From Haplodiscus bocki (Eukaryota), in NCBI GenBank assembly GCA_965655095.1, contig OZ296653.1, positions 36,146,001 through 36,210,000 of the forward strand: 64,000 nt of DNA, written 5' to 3'. Made by a program: the position numbers and the translations under genes. Of this stretch, positions 38,242 through 48,960 are shown piece after piece (position 1 is the stretch's first letter; each line of letters starts with the position of its first letter). Under the pieces are notes generated by a model. The model saw only the letters and a program-made list of their open reading frames with translations. It was not told where the DNA came from and made no database searches.

Positions 38242-39806
38242 TGTCGCAGTATAACCGCGAAGCCTACGTACATTAAGAAAGAAAAGGACATCCCCAGATT
38301 GCCTGAAATTTAGAAGAAACTTTATCAATACTTTAGACTTTTCTATTTCCATTCACATAACAATATTGCAGTAATTTCATTGCTTTTACATGTAGTGGAT
38401 ACGTATCAAACACGTACCACTCCCCAGTATATTTTCATACAAATTCTACGTATTTATACGTAGCACTCCGTGTACTGAACCAGATTGGGACGCAACCTTT
38501 ACGTGGCGAACACGTACCTAACTAGCAGTATTTTGTTACGTGCGCGGTACGTGGCTACCGATCTGGTGACGTCACAAAATTCTCAGCCAATCCGCTGTGC
38601 TTTTGCGCTGTTTCACTTTGGTCGGCTACGTGCGTCTACGTGGCCACCAGATTCATTTCTCCTCAGTAGTACTGCGGAAGGCAGTGCTACAAGCGGCACG
38701 TAGCCGCACGTGCCACCACGGCCAAAGTGTGCCGTAAGCTAGTAAAAACGTGGAACGGGCTAGGAAAACGCCTAGTTTCGTTCCGAAAGTGGATTAAATC
38801 GATGCAGCAGTATTACCAAGCAAGTAATTATGAATTTCTGTGATTATGTTACTGTATTTTAGTTAATTTTACTGCATTTTTCATTACTTTCCTCTTATGG
38901 AAAACCTTTTTGATTACTTGTTTATGTTATTATTTATTGTGTCGGCGGGGGAATAATCACTTCGATATCCATTTCCGACTGATCAGACACGTATATTTTC
39001 CGTCGAAAGATGGAAAAGACGCGGTCTGTAAAGGAAGAAATGGAGGGAAAGTTGTTTATTTCCCGCCAGAGTCGGCATATTTTCTTTGTAATTATTATGA
39101 TTAAAGTACTTTTCCCTACTTTGTACCTTTACTTGGCGTGTAAACAATTATGTTTCCCGCCAATGAAAAGGTATAAATAGGAGAAACGAAAGTACTAGGA
39201 GGAGATCCTTAATATCACTTTGTATATCAGTTGACTGTACTGATTGCGACTAGTTGTTTATTTTAAAGAATAACATTTTGTTATAATCTCAAGTTTATTA
39301 ACAAATACAAAATAATTCAGTCTTCAGAACTGCGTAGCATTTTCCCTTCAAAAAGATGGCAACGTTGAGAAACAAACGAAAGTTGGCAGCCGTTACAAGA
39401 GAAACACAAGAGGAAAATCCTAGGAACGGCCAGTCACGAAACACGTCCGTTCCTAGAATTAACGAGGAATATATCACACAAGTTTCTGAGGAGATTGAAG
39501 GCAGAGTCAGTAAAAAACTGTCCCAGGAGTTCAGCAGGACAGAGTCCCGCATTTTGGGTGCTCTGTCTAAATTAGACGAATTTCTCTTGAACCAACAGAT
39601 ACGGACGCATTCCGAAACCGTTCCGGGAACATTCCGGAACATAAACGTGGAAAACCAGGGAACGAATGAGGACGACTCCCAGAGTGATCCTCATCCTGAA
39701 GTGGGACCCTCCGTCTGTCAATCCCGTCATTCAATTGACTCAGACACAGGCGAGACTCATGACACGATGACAGGAGTTATAGAACAGACTTCCAAGGGTC
39801 CTCACA
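38242..39806 (+). mobile_element. Solo LTR (family A, copy A) including the first 150 codons of gag
   Basis: TGTCGCAG...CCTCACA with perfect 5-bp TSD AACAC (38237-38241 and 39807-39811); homologous to 28188-29941 (rc) and 41155-42788. Confidence 0.92.
38940..39180 (+). promoter_or_regulatory. LTR promoter module: E2F-like sites, forkhead site, TATA
   Basis: GGCGGGGGAA 38944, TTTCCCGCC 39059-39067 and 39153-39161, GTAAACA 39140-39146, TATAAAT 39172-39178; CRE TGACGTCA and CCAAT further upstream (~38566-38591); conserved in copies B and C. Confidence 0.6.
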
Positions 39807-39817
39807 AACACAAATGA
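39356..39817 (+). CDS. gag: Truncated gag-like N-terminus (MATLRNKRKLAAV...) carried inside a solo LTR; last codons and stop come from flanking DNA
   Basis: 153-aa ATG ORF; homologous starts at 28590 (-) and 42383 (+); the LTR ends at 39806. The gag assignment is inferred from position behind the LTR promoter. Confidence 0.6.
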   Translation: MATLRNKRKLAAVTRETQEENPRNGQSRNTSVPRINEEYITQVSEEIEGRVSKKLSQEFSRTESRILGALSKLDEFLLNQQIRTHSETVPGTFRNINVENQGTNEDDSQSDPHPEVGPSVCQSRHSIDSDTGETHDTMTGVIEQTSKGPHKHK

Positions 39818-39944
39818 ACTGATGATTGGTTAATCTTAAATTGATTCAAAGAGTGCAAAATCTGGACCTTGAAGGACATCCTAGTTTGATGTTAATTGTA
39901 AAAAAGATTTAATGTGAGCATCAAAAATTCGAAAAAATCCTGCA

Positions 39945-40080
39945 CCATCTCGTGAAGTATATCGAGAGGGGGTATTTTATAATCAATACATATAATTACA
40001 TTCGGTGTTTTCAGTCCGCGCTGTAGTAGTTCTACTAAAAGGTCCGACTAGAACGGTGGAACGTACCAAAAAACCTCCTG
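39945..40080 (+). repeat. Dispersed repeat, second copy at ~62787-63020
   Basis: ATCTCGTGAA.TATATCGAGAGGG...TTCGGT...GCGCT.TAGTAGTT.TACT...GAACGGT.GAACGTACCAAAA shared by both loci. Confidence 0.7.
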
Positions 40081-41154
40081 GATAGCTTATTACAGCACCA
40101 GCAGAAACTGTTCGGATAAGCAAAAACCAAAAAAATCTCAAAAAGTTGGCCACCAACCGCCGGTCCAATTTTTTTTCGGATACCCTCATACGTTTTGATG
40201 AGAGCGTTGAATGCCACACATATTTTTCCAAGAAGTCGATCACGTTTATCAAGTATTGGGAAATAAATTTAGGAACGAAGATTCCCCCCTCACATAAACC
40301 ATTTTTTTGAAACCTTAACTTTATTTTAGGTAAAAAGTTAGGAGTATGAAATGGGAACAAAACCTGACAGATTTTAGTGAAGGCTTCCTTTGAAATTCAC
40401 CGATATAAAATTGCGGAGCTATGAAACACTTTTTTTTTCATTTTCAGAGCTACGGCATGGAACCTTAGATAAGATGAAGTATTTCTCTCGTCCAAAGTTT
40501 CCATTACTGGAATTTCACTCCCGCTAGTAGGATTTATTACAACATTGATACGATGACCGTTAATCTATTGTTTGTTCATAAGTTACGCTGAGTGGCTTAA
40601 TATCAACTCAGCTTAATTTACTTTAACTAAAAATTGCGGTAAAAGGGAAAAATATCTGCTACATATAAAACAACTTCAGTTCCCTCCTAAAACTTGGAAA
40701 GTTTCATTGAACTTTTGTGACTCAAATTTTGAAAGTTACTTATAAAACCCAGCCGAAATTTGCAAAAAGCATCAAAGAAACTTGGAGAATAGGAAAGCAA
40801 CAAACAAAATTGAGACACAAAAATTTTTATATGAATCACTTCAAGTCATTCAAAATGTGTCAAGTAACCTACAAGATCATACAATAATTTCACGCAACCT
40901 CCACCAAGGATAAAGCACCATACCGCACTTACACCTTTGCATTTTTCGCTATTTTGTCACAGAGACTGATTTCCGTCATCAACCGAGGAAAGACATTAAG
41001 TGGCCACAGAGTATTCTCAGCACTCCTGGACACCAGACGTGATTGTGACGGAGAGATTTGATGATCAAACTTCTGCGTAATCTTCCAAAAGAAACGAAAT
41101 TTTTGATGTTCGCGAACACCATCAGAAATCCACCAAATCAAGAAATTATTCAAC

Positions 41155-42788
41155 TGTTGCAACACACCTGCGAAGCCTGCGGTCAACCCTTGCCTGCAAA
41201 AAAAACGTCTCAAGACTCAAAATGAACCTCAGACTTCCATCTTTGATTTATTAACACTCATATATATTTACAATTATTGTACATGTAAGCTGATCGGTAT
41301 TATGTACAGATCACCCTATTGAACTGATGCAGACTAGGATGGAACTGTTAAAGAACAAATGAACCTGCACAGAGCTTTACCATTACAAAGGTGCAATTTT
41401 TTTGAAAATTTTTTTGAATTTAATGTAAAACCACCTTTATGTGCGATTAATTTGATTGCCTGCAATAAAAGATGTTTAGGACAGTGCAGTCTATTACTTG
41501 AGCTAGATTAACAGCATGACTAAAACCAACATGGAAAACTCCAAGAGTGAATTTTTGTTCCGTACTTGTTCCGTCGCTACTAGTCTGGTGACGTCTTAAC
41601 AATTCCGATCACTCGGTGACGCCGTAATACTACACTGAATAAGGAGTCAATCCGTATCCGCTCCTACTTTGTGCTTAACTTGAATGACTTTAACTGTCAC
41701 TACTAGTTGATACGAATAATCTCCGGAGACTACTAGTAGCTACTGGCCAGAACGAGGAGCAAACTAGTAGAGCGACTAATTTCTCCCCATTTATGGCAAT
41801 GACTACCGATGCATTAATGAAAACACTACACAAGAGATGTCATAAATACTTTCACTTTTATCATCAATTTTTGTTTTTTTTTCCATAGATGCTGCAAAAA
41901 TCAACAACTCTTCATTTTTTCAGATTAGGGATGCAATTAATTTTTGCAATCATGGAATGTACACTATTTTCCTTGTAAAAAAAAGTCGGCGCGGGAATAA
42001 GCACTTTGATGTCCAATTCTGACGGATTAAGTCTGTCTTTTTTCTGTGGAAAGATGGAAATGACGCGTCCTATGAAGAAAAGGACGGATAAAAAAGGTGT
42101 TTCCTTCCCGCCAGAATCGTCATTTCCGATTTGTAAGTTGTAAATGAAAGTACTTTTCCCTATTTGTACATTGACTTGGCGCGTAAACATTTATGTTTCC
42201 CGCCAAAGAAATAGTATAAACAGGAAAAATAAGTGCAAAAACAGAACAAATAATTGTATTAATGCTGTAACGCTGTTATTGTCTTTCCTGAAAATTTGAC
42301 TCTGCCATGTTTCCCAACTTTTACAAATTAATAATTTTCATTTCTGTCCTAATACTTTGGTGACTTTTTACCCTCTTCAAATATGGCAACTCTGAGGAAA
42401 CTAGGAAATTTAACAGCCATCAGCAAAGGTATTCTTGAAGATTATGCCAGGAATGATCAGGCTCGAAACACAAATTTTCTGTGAATTCAGGAAGATTATA
42501 TTACTCAGGTGTCAGAAAAAAATTGGGGATAGAGTGACAAGAAGAACTGTCTCAGGAGTTCTGTAGGACAGAAAGTCGCATTTTGGGCCCCTAATCAAGA
42601 CTAGGAGAACTTCATCTGAGCCCACAAGCCCGAGTTCACTCCAGGTCCGTTCATGAGACATCACGGATTTCAAACAGAAAAAAAAACAGGGAGCAAATGA
42701 GGACCGCTCCCAGAACGATCCTCATCCTGATGTGGGTGTCTCTCTAAACCAATCCACACAGGATATAAGCCAGAAAAAACGCCTTACA
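41155..42788 (+). mobile_element. Solo LTR (family A, copy C) including the gag 5' end
   Basis: TGTTGCAACACACCTGCGAAGCC aligns with the copy A start; promoter block 41.95-42.23 kb homologous; ATGGCAACTCTGAGG at 42383; ends CCTTACA at the homologous position. TSD not recognisable. Confidence 0.75.
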
Positions 42789-43405
42789 ATCTTGCTTCTT
42801 CTGGAAACAAAACATAAAAAATAAAATTGAAATTGTTTTTGCTGCAACACCTTGTTCTGTTACACCCCTTGCAAAGATAGAGCAATTTGTTTTGATTTGG
42901 CTGGTTGTTGAAACTCTTTTTTCTTCGGAAGTACTTGGTTCAGTTTCTTCATCAGCTCTGGTTTGACAGTCTTTTACTTGATTAGGATTTTTCCGACAAA
43001 AATTTATCAGTTTTTGTGTCCAAATCTTGACAGATCAAAAATAAGTTGCTTACAGGTCTTGTCTTCGAAACTCATTTCTCAGCAAAACTACAAACTTAAA
43101 ATCATCCATCATGGACTTAGTCGATGGCTCCTTACTTGAAGAGGACTATGTAGAAAACATGGATCATGGTCTTCGCGTTAGAATCATGATAGTCCAAAAA
43201 AGCAAAAGAAAAAAGTAAGTGTGATTTATCGCAATTTAAAACACCATATTTCTCCATATCTATCGGCTTGACTTCTTACATCAAAATATTAATCGACAAT
43301 TTTCGATTTAGTTCGAAAATGTTGTAATAGTTTTTTTTGTTTGTTCAATCAACCCTTTTTGTAACCCTTTGACTGAAAATTTCGCAGTGCGACCGCGCCT
43401 TTTTC

Positions 43406-44749
43406 TATTTTGCGCCATATTTACATTTATAAATTATAGGAGCAAAGTCTTCCTTTCAAATGGTCCGTTTTTTAACCGATGTTTGCTATTTGCGTTAACG
43501 ATGTTCATTCACGTTCCTTAAAGTCAGTTTTTTCACTAAATTGAAACCTATTCGCCGGTGAGAGCGACTGAAGTAGTAAGATTTTTCAAAACGTTCAAAC
43601 TTTGAAAAAAGAAGAGTTTTTCCAAGAAAAACCTGATTTTTTCGACTTCGTTAAAAGTGGCAAATTTGCTGCAGAAGGAGTATATATTGGTATGATTTCC
43701 TAAAAATGTCTTCTCTTCTCTAATTATGAAGTTTTTTGGCATCAAATTAGAAACTTTTCAACTTTGGAAAAATTAAAAAATATGATGAAAAAGAAGTGAA
43801 TCTTCAAGAAAAAAACGTGAATGTTAAATTTCTGAATGTGAACTTTTGTCATCGAATTTTAACAAATTTGTTGCAGAATGCGACTGAAAAAGTGAGATTT
43901 CCCAAGACGTTCAACATTTGGATTTTTTAAGAAATAGAAATGGGTTTTTCGAAAAAAAAATCTAGAATTTTTTGAGAATCGCTAAAGGTAGCAAATTCGC
44001 GCGAATGGGTATTAAATGGTAATATTTCTTAAAAATGTCTTTTCTGCCCTAATTATGAGGTTTTTAAGGCAAAAAATTAGAAAATTTTGAACGTTGGAAA
44101 AATTAGAATTTATAATGAAGAAAGAGTGTTTTTTTTCGAGGAAAAAATGTTTGCATCTTTTAAAATTGCATTTTTACCAAATTGGGAAGCCGCAAAATAT
44201 GAGGGTGGTAATCGGCCGTCTTGTTATTTTGCGCTATCTTCTTAAGAATATGAAAGCAAAATCTTCCACTCAAACGGGCCATTCTCGACGTTTTCTTTTT
44301 ACCCGATGTTTGCCAATTACGTTCACACCACATCGGCAAATATGTTCACGCTACTGAACGTGAAAACATTTTTCAACCAAATTGTAGCGAATTTACCGAA
44401 GATATCTTCTGAAATAGTAAGACTCCTCAAAACGTTCGAAATTTGGGTCTTTTTTGAAAAAATAGATGGTTTTTTCGAAAACAAAACTTGAATTTTTCCC
44501 GAAACCCTAAAGATGGCAAATTTGCTGTAGAATGCGTATCAAATGGTTTTATGTCTTAAAAATGGCAATTCCACCCTAATCATGAGGCTTTTTTAGCAAA
44601 AGTTAGAAAACTTTGAACATGGGAGAAATTAGAAAATATGATGAAGAAAGAGTGTTTTTTCGAAAAAAAAAACGTTTTCATCTTCTTCAAAGCCTTCTTT
44701 ACAGAAATGGGAGGCGCAAATTATGCCACTGGCAGCCGGCCGTCTTGTT
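43406..44749 (+). mobile_element. Two head-to-tail HINE copies (43406-44225, 44225-44749)
   Basis: Each starts TATTTTGCGC and ends G(C/G)CGCAAA(A/T)TATG + stem + GGCCGTCTTGTT; the first has an internal duplication of the core. Confidence 0.7.
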
Positions 44750-45111
44750 GTATATGCAATCGGAGGGGACTCGTCTACCGACCCAGGCAGTATCCATTGC
44801 CAGAACCACGTTGATCTAACGAGGTTATTACCGGTGCCTTTGGTAGTACGTTTCCTGATTGTCCCGTGATCGAACTGTCCACTGGAACAATACTGAACGT
44901 GAAAACTTCAAAAATGAACGATGACATAGAAAAAAGGTGTTACACTTTCCTTTATTAGGTTTTCCAGGCCTTTAAAGTGTAATTTTTACCATCTCTTCTT
45001 CTTTCTTCAGCAAAACCTTACTTTTACACTGAAGCTTCTCTAACTTTTCAAACATGCAGAGTGTTTTGGCAAATCGAGTGTAATTGAAGCACTTTAATTT
45101 GAGCTAATATT

Positions 45112-45180
45112 ACAAGACGGCCGGCTAGCACCGGCCTATTTTTCGCCCAATTACAAAGTTTTGATCAACTTTCGCAAATA
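45112..45180 (-). mobile_element. HINE 3'-end fragment
   Basis: ACAAGACGGCCGGCTAGCACCGGC...TTTTCGCCCAA.TACAAA...TTGATCAACTTT.GCAAA is the reverse complement of 59540-59609. Confidence 0.7.
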
Positions 45181-45449
45181 TACGAACAAACGAGAATAAT
45201 GTTTTGAATCCAGTTTTCAAAGGTTAACCACGAATATCAATTCAACCACTGATTTTTGCAATTCTTAGCATTATCAGTTTAGAAGGGCTTCAGAGCAAAA
45301 CACCAAGTGGTTGGTAATTTTCTGAATCAGCTTCTGAAAAGTCAAAACTATCTTGTGACATCTGGATACTGGAAACCCAGCCAGTACCTATAGAGGATAC
45401 AGGTTTGACTGTAGAGAAAAGCCGCTATATGTCGCACTTTCGCTAATCT

Positions 45450-47450
45450 CAGCCTACAAGAGTACAAAAGCAAAGAAAATATTGCGGAAAATGTTTTTTA
45501 AGCATACACAAACGAAATTGTCCACCGAGACCATAAAGGAGGAAGTCCAGTCGGTAGTTTTGGAGACAAATGAGTTGGAATCTCAAGAACAACGACATGC
45601 GTATGCAGGTTTCGGAATTTCCAGCGAATCAAGTTTCCGGTAAGATCACAAAAACTTAATGTTTTTCATTTAGAAACTATTCAAAGTTTAAAACTTGTCG
45701 ATTTTGACAACTTGATGAGGAAACGCAGCTAAAAGCTTCGGAAAAAAATTAGTTCTATTAAAGAGAAGAATGATACATATAAATAACTTGTGGCATATCA
45801 GGCCTGTGAAATTTTCAGAAAAGGATGGAAAAAGAATAAATGCACTCACAATCATCTTGTACGAAAACAATTTTTTTGACTGCGACCTTAACCGAAGAAT
45901 TCCAGACCGATTTTATTTCAAAGCGAATAATACCAATGTTAAGATTTTGAGTGTTTTGGCCCACCAAGTTTCCGTTACAAGGAACCATATGCATTGTTTA
46001 GCAATCAAGTCACTTTATACAAAAAAAAATAAGTCGATTGAACCCATGACGGACGAATTGGAGCCAGTGGTTTCAGAGAAAAAAGTTCGATTCTGAGGAA
46101 AAATCAAAGTACTTTTTGCAAATCTGGCCATTTCGGTCAAATTTCCAATCTGAGAAACGTTTCCCGTAGTAGTATCAGTAAAGGACGCATCACGATTATG
46201 AAACTGTTGATTAAGCAATGACGAATGAACTTCCGCCGGTAATTTTGAAAAGAATCGAATTTGAACAACAAAATCAATCATTTGAAATGGCAGTTTCTGG
46301 CATTTTCTCCCTATCAAGTTTGCGGTGCGAGGAACCAAACGCATGAATTGACATTTCCGCATAATTTTCAAAGTGTTGAAACATGACTGAGACATTGACT
46401 GAAAGAATAAAGATGGTAGTTCTGGAAAAATTTATGTATGAAATTCGAAAGAAATCCCTACGGTAAGCACATTTTGTTTAAATCCATCCGATGGGAAAGA
46501 TACCTATCTGCAATGAACGTTCCGATGGAAGACCCCGCATCAAAAACAGTGCTGTTGAAACACGTTTTGCAGGAAGGAATCTGTTGATTGAAAGATTGAC
46601 AAGAGGTTTATATTTGGTAGTTTTGAGGAAAATTTAGTTTGATAATCAAGTTTGATCATACATAAATGGAGTTCTTGTTACTGTCGGTCAGAGAAGTTTT
46701 TCGTGGTTATGTTAGTTCGCATGGGTATTTTCAACGAGTAGCCTTCTAAATATTGTCAATGATCGAATGAGACGTTTACGGATCAAAACCAGCACGTTGA
46801 TTTGAAGAAACTATGGTTTCGCTAAGGATTGAGAAAATTACCTGTCTAATAATTTTTAGCAGAATGGCCCTCTGTTCCAGGTGCTAGGTGTTCAAACCGA
46901 ACTATTTGGGTAATAACGGACCTTCTAAAGTTGAAAAAATGTCAAATTTGGCAATGATGGAAGAATTCTACTTGGTCATTTTGGAGGAAGATATCCTTGA
47001 ATAACGAGAATATCAAATTTCTTATTTCTAAGTCTAGGTGACTCTGAGAACTTTCCAACGTACACAGCTACGTCTTGCTGGAAAAATGTTATTGAAATGA
47101 TTTTTAAAGTGTTTGAGGCCCGGATATGGAAACAAGATAGAAGTACTGGATGAAATTTTTGAGAAAAATGTTCCAAACTTTTGAATCGGATATGGTTTTA
47201 CGAAAAGAAGATAGACTTTTCAAAAAGTTAAAATTTATACCAAGGTGAAGTTTTCTGCCTTTGTTCTAAGTATGAGTTGATTCGTTCATACAGAAAACGA
47301 GTTTTTCCTGGCAACAGAAAAACCCCAAAGTAGCTGGAAAAGTTTGTAATACGGGACTAAAGGGATCAAAAGTATTCAAAAGTTCCCAGAAATATAAAAC
47401 CAGCGTGTAGTCCAAAAGTCATTGCCTACTATATATTAGCTACCTATCTG
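45450..47450 (+). pseudogene. Very degraded Gypsy gag-pol remnant
   Basis: Weak ordered motifs: knuckle-like (~45.6 kb), protease-like (~45.7 kb), YINGVLV (YxDD-like, ~46.66 kb), NYLSNNF (YLGH-like, ~46.84 kb), LEKFVIRD.KGIK (EKEALAI-like, ~47.34 kb). Confidence 0.35.
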
Positions 47451-47799
47451 GTGTGACACTGCAGAAATGCATTTTACCACAGGCCAGAAATTCTGCTACA
47501 TGAAGTTTGTGTGACGTTCGCAACTTCTGGAAAAGGAAAAACCTGCTCTATTAAATTGGCTCGTTCGCCTCTGGAAAATTTATGGACGGAAAAAAACAAG
47601 CTGCAATCTGGACAAAGTTGATGCTGCTCATTTGTCTGGCGCCAAAGCTTCAATAAACCATAGGAAAGTATCACCAAAAATTGTGAAGTTTTTTTGGAAT
47701 CACTGCATAGGGGTACCAAAAAGTTAGGGCTTTTTCTGTTCGTTTTTTTTTCTGGAAGTTTTTGGTGTTTCTGAATTATTCTGGCGCTGAATATTCACT

Positions 47800-48447
47800 G
47801 GGTGTAAAGGCTTTGGTGAAGCTCAAAGTAGGATTTGAGAAAAGGGTGTCGAAAACTTTTTGTCTCCAAGAAAAAAGTTGTGAGAGCGCCAATCCGCGAT
47901 TTTTAAAAATTCGGATATCGGGGTAGCACGATTTTTCGTCAAATTTCTTTTGTCTCACAGTACCGAAAATATTCGTAGAAGGGACCTTCTGGTGTATGTG
48001 AGTACTCACCTGTGCTTGGCATAGACTGCACTCGCATGCTTTAAAATAGTATGCTGGGGAAAACAATTAGGGAAAAAAGTTTTAGTTCCTTGTGATCTTG
48101 AATATAATAATGATAAAATAGAAAAAAAGTGCTTGCAAGAGTCCGCTTTTTTTTCTGAAAGCACCTACTGAAAATCAGCGGACGATAAGAATTTTTATAG
48201 GTGTAGAAAAAACAATCCTCAAAATTCAAAATAATAATAATAAAGTGAAAAAATGTAGGTAAAAAATGCTGTGATTCGAACCCATTACTAGCACTTCAGA
48301 ACCTTGTTGTCCGACCCACTGTTCCATGGGAACCATCGAAATGTGTAAGAATTGTCAGCAAAATGCACAATTTTATGGCACAACAGAGATTCAATCCCGG
48401 ACCGGACCCACTGCTTGAAATTTTTTTATCCTAACCTCACTGCCAGG
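47800..48447 (-). repeat. Repeat related to 59138-59609, with two tRNA-like segments (~48265-48330, ~48380-48447)
   Basis: 47900-47990 is the reverse complement of 59345-59450; minus-strand GGACAACAAGGTTCT.AAG...GGTTCGAATCAC matches 59271-59313. Confidence 0.6.
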
Positions 48448-48529
48448 AGTTTCTTTAGAAATGAAAAAAATTGGCAAATATGCGGCAAAAAATATGTGTC
48501 GAAAAATGATAAAAATTTCTATATCATTT

Positions 48530-48960
48530 TTGTACAACCAGTCAATGGCGTTCAACAGTTACTTGGAGAAGTTGGACAAAATGTTAAAGTATTGGAAAAT
48601 TTGATGGTGAACAATTTTAGTTTGTAAGCTTGCAAGACATCAAATAATATTGACATTCTAAAAAATGAGGAAACTGTTGTTGATATTTTGTTTTCTGACG
48701 CTAAAATTGGAGAATCCTAACTCAAAAATATTTAGCTGGACGTAAAATTAAACCAACTTCGCAGAAATTTAGGATCACATAACTTGAAATTTTTGCAGCA
48801 TGTCAAAATTGTTTCCAAACTTTGGTCCCACTTCTGGAGTCTTAACGCTGGAGCAATTCAACAACGCTATTACGAACATTGAAAAGATCGAGTTCATTCA
48901 GTGATGGACTTGGAATTTGTATGTTTATGAAGAGTGTCAACAAGAAAGATGCATAATTTT
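48530..48960 (+). pseudogene. CR1/L2-like LINE RT C-terminal remnant
   Basis: VQQLL...ENLMVNNFS..CK, DILFSD.K..., SKLWSH...LEQFNNAITN resemble LQ.DL...N.L..N..KCK / DLG..D / S.VWSP...LE.VQR..T motifs; many stops. Confidence 0.35.

Noticed and set aside
41244-42788. Alternative left end of LTR copy C giving TSD ATCTT
   Set aside because: Homology to the copy A terminus places the start at 41155; the ATCTT match is probably chance, though not excluded.
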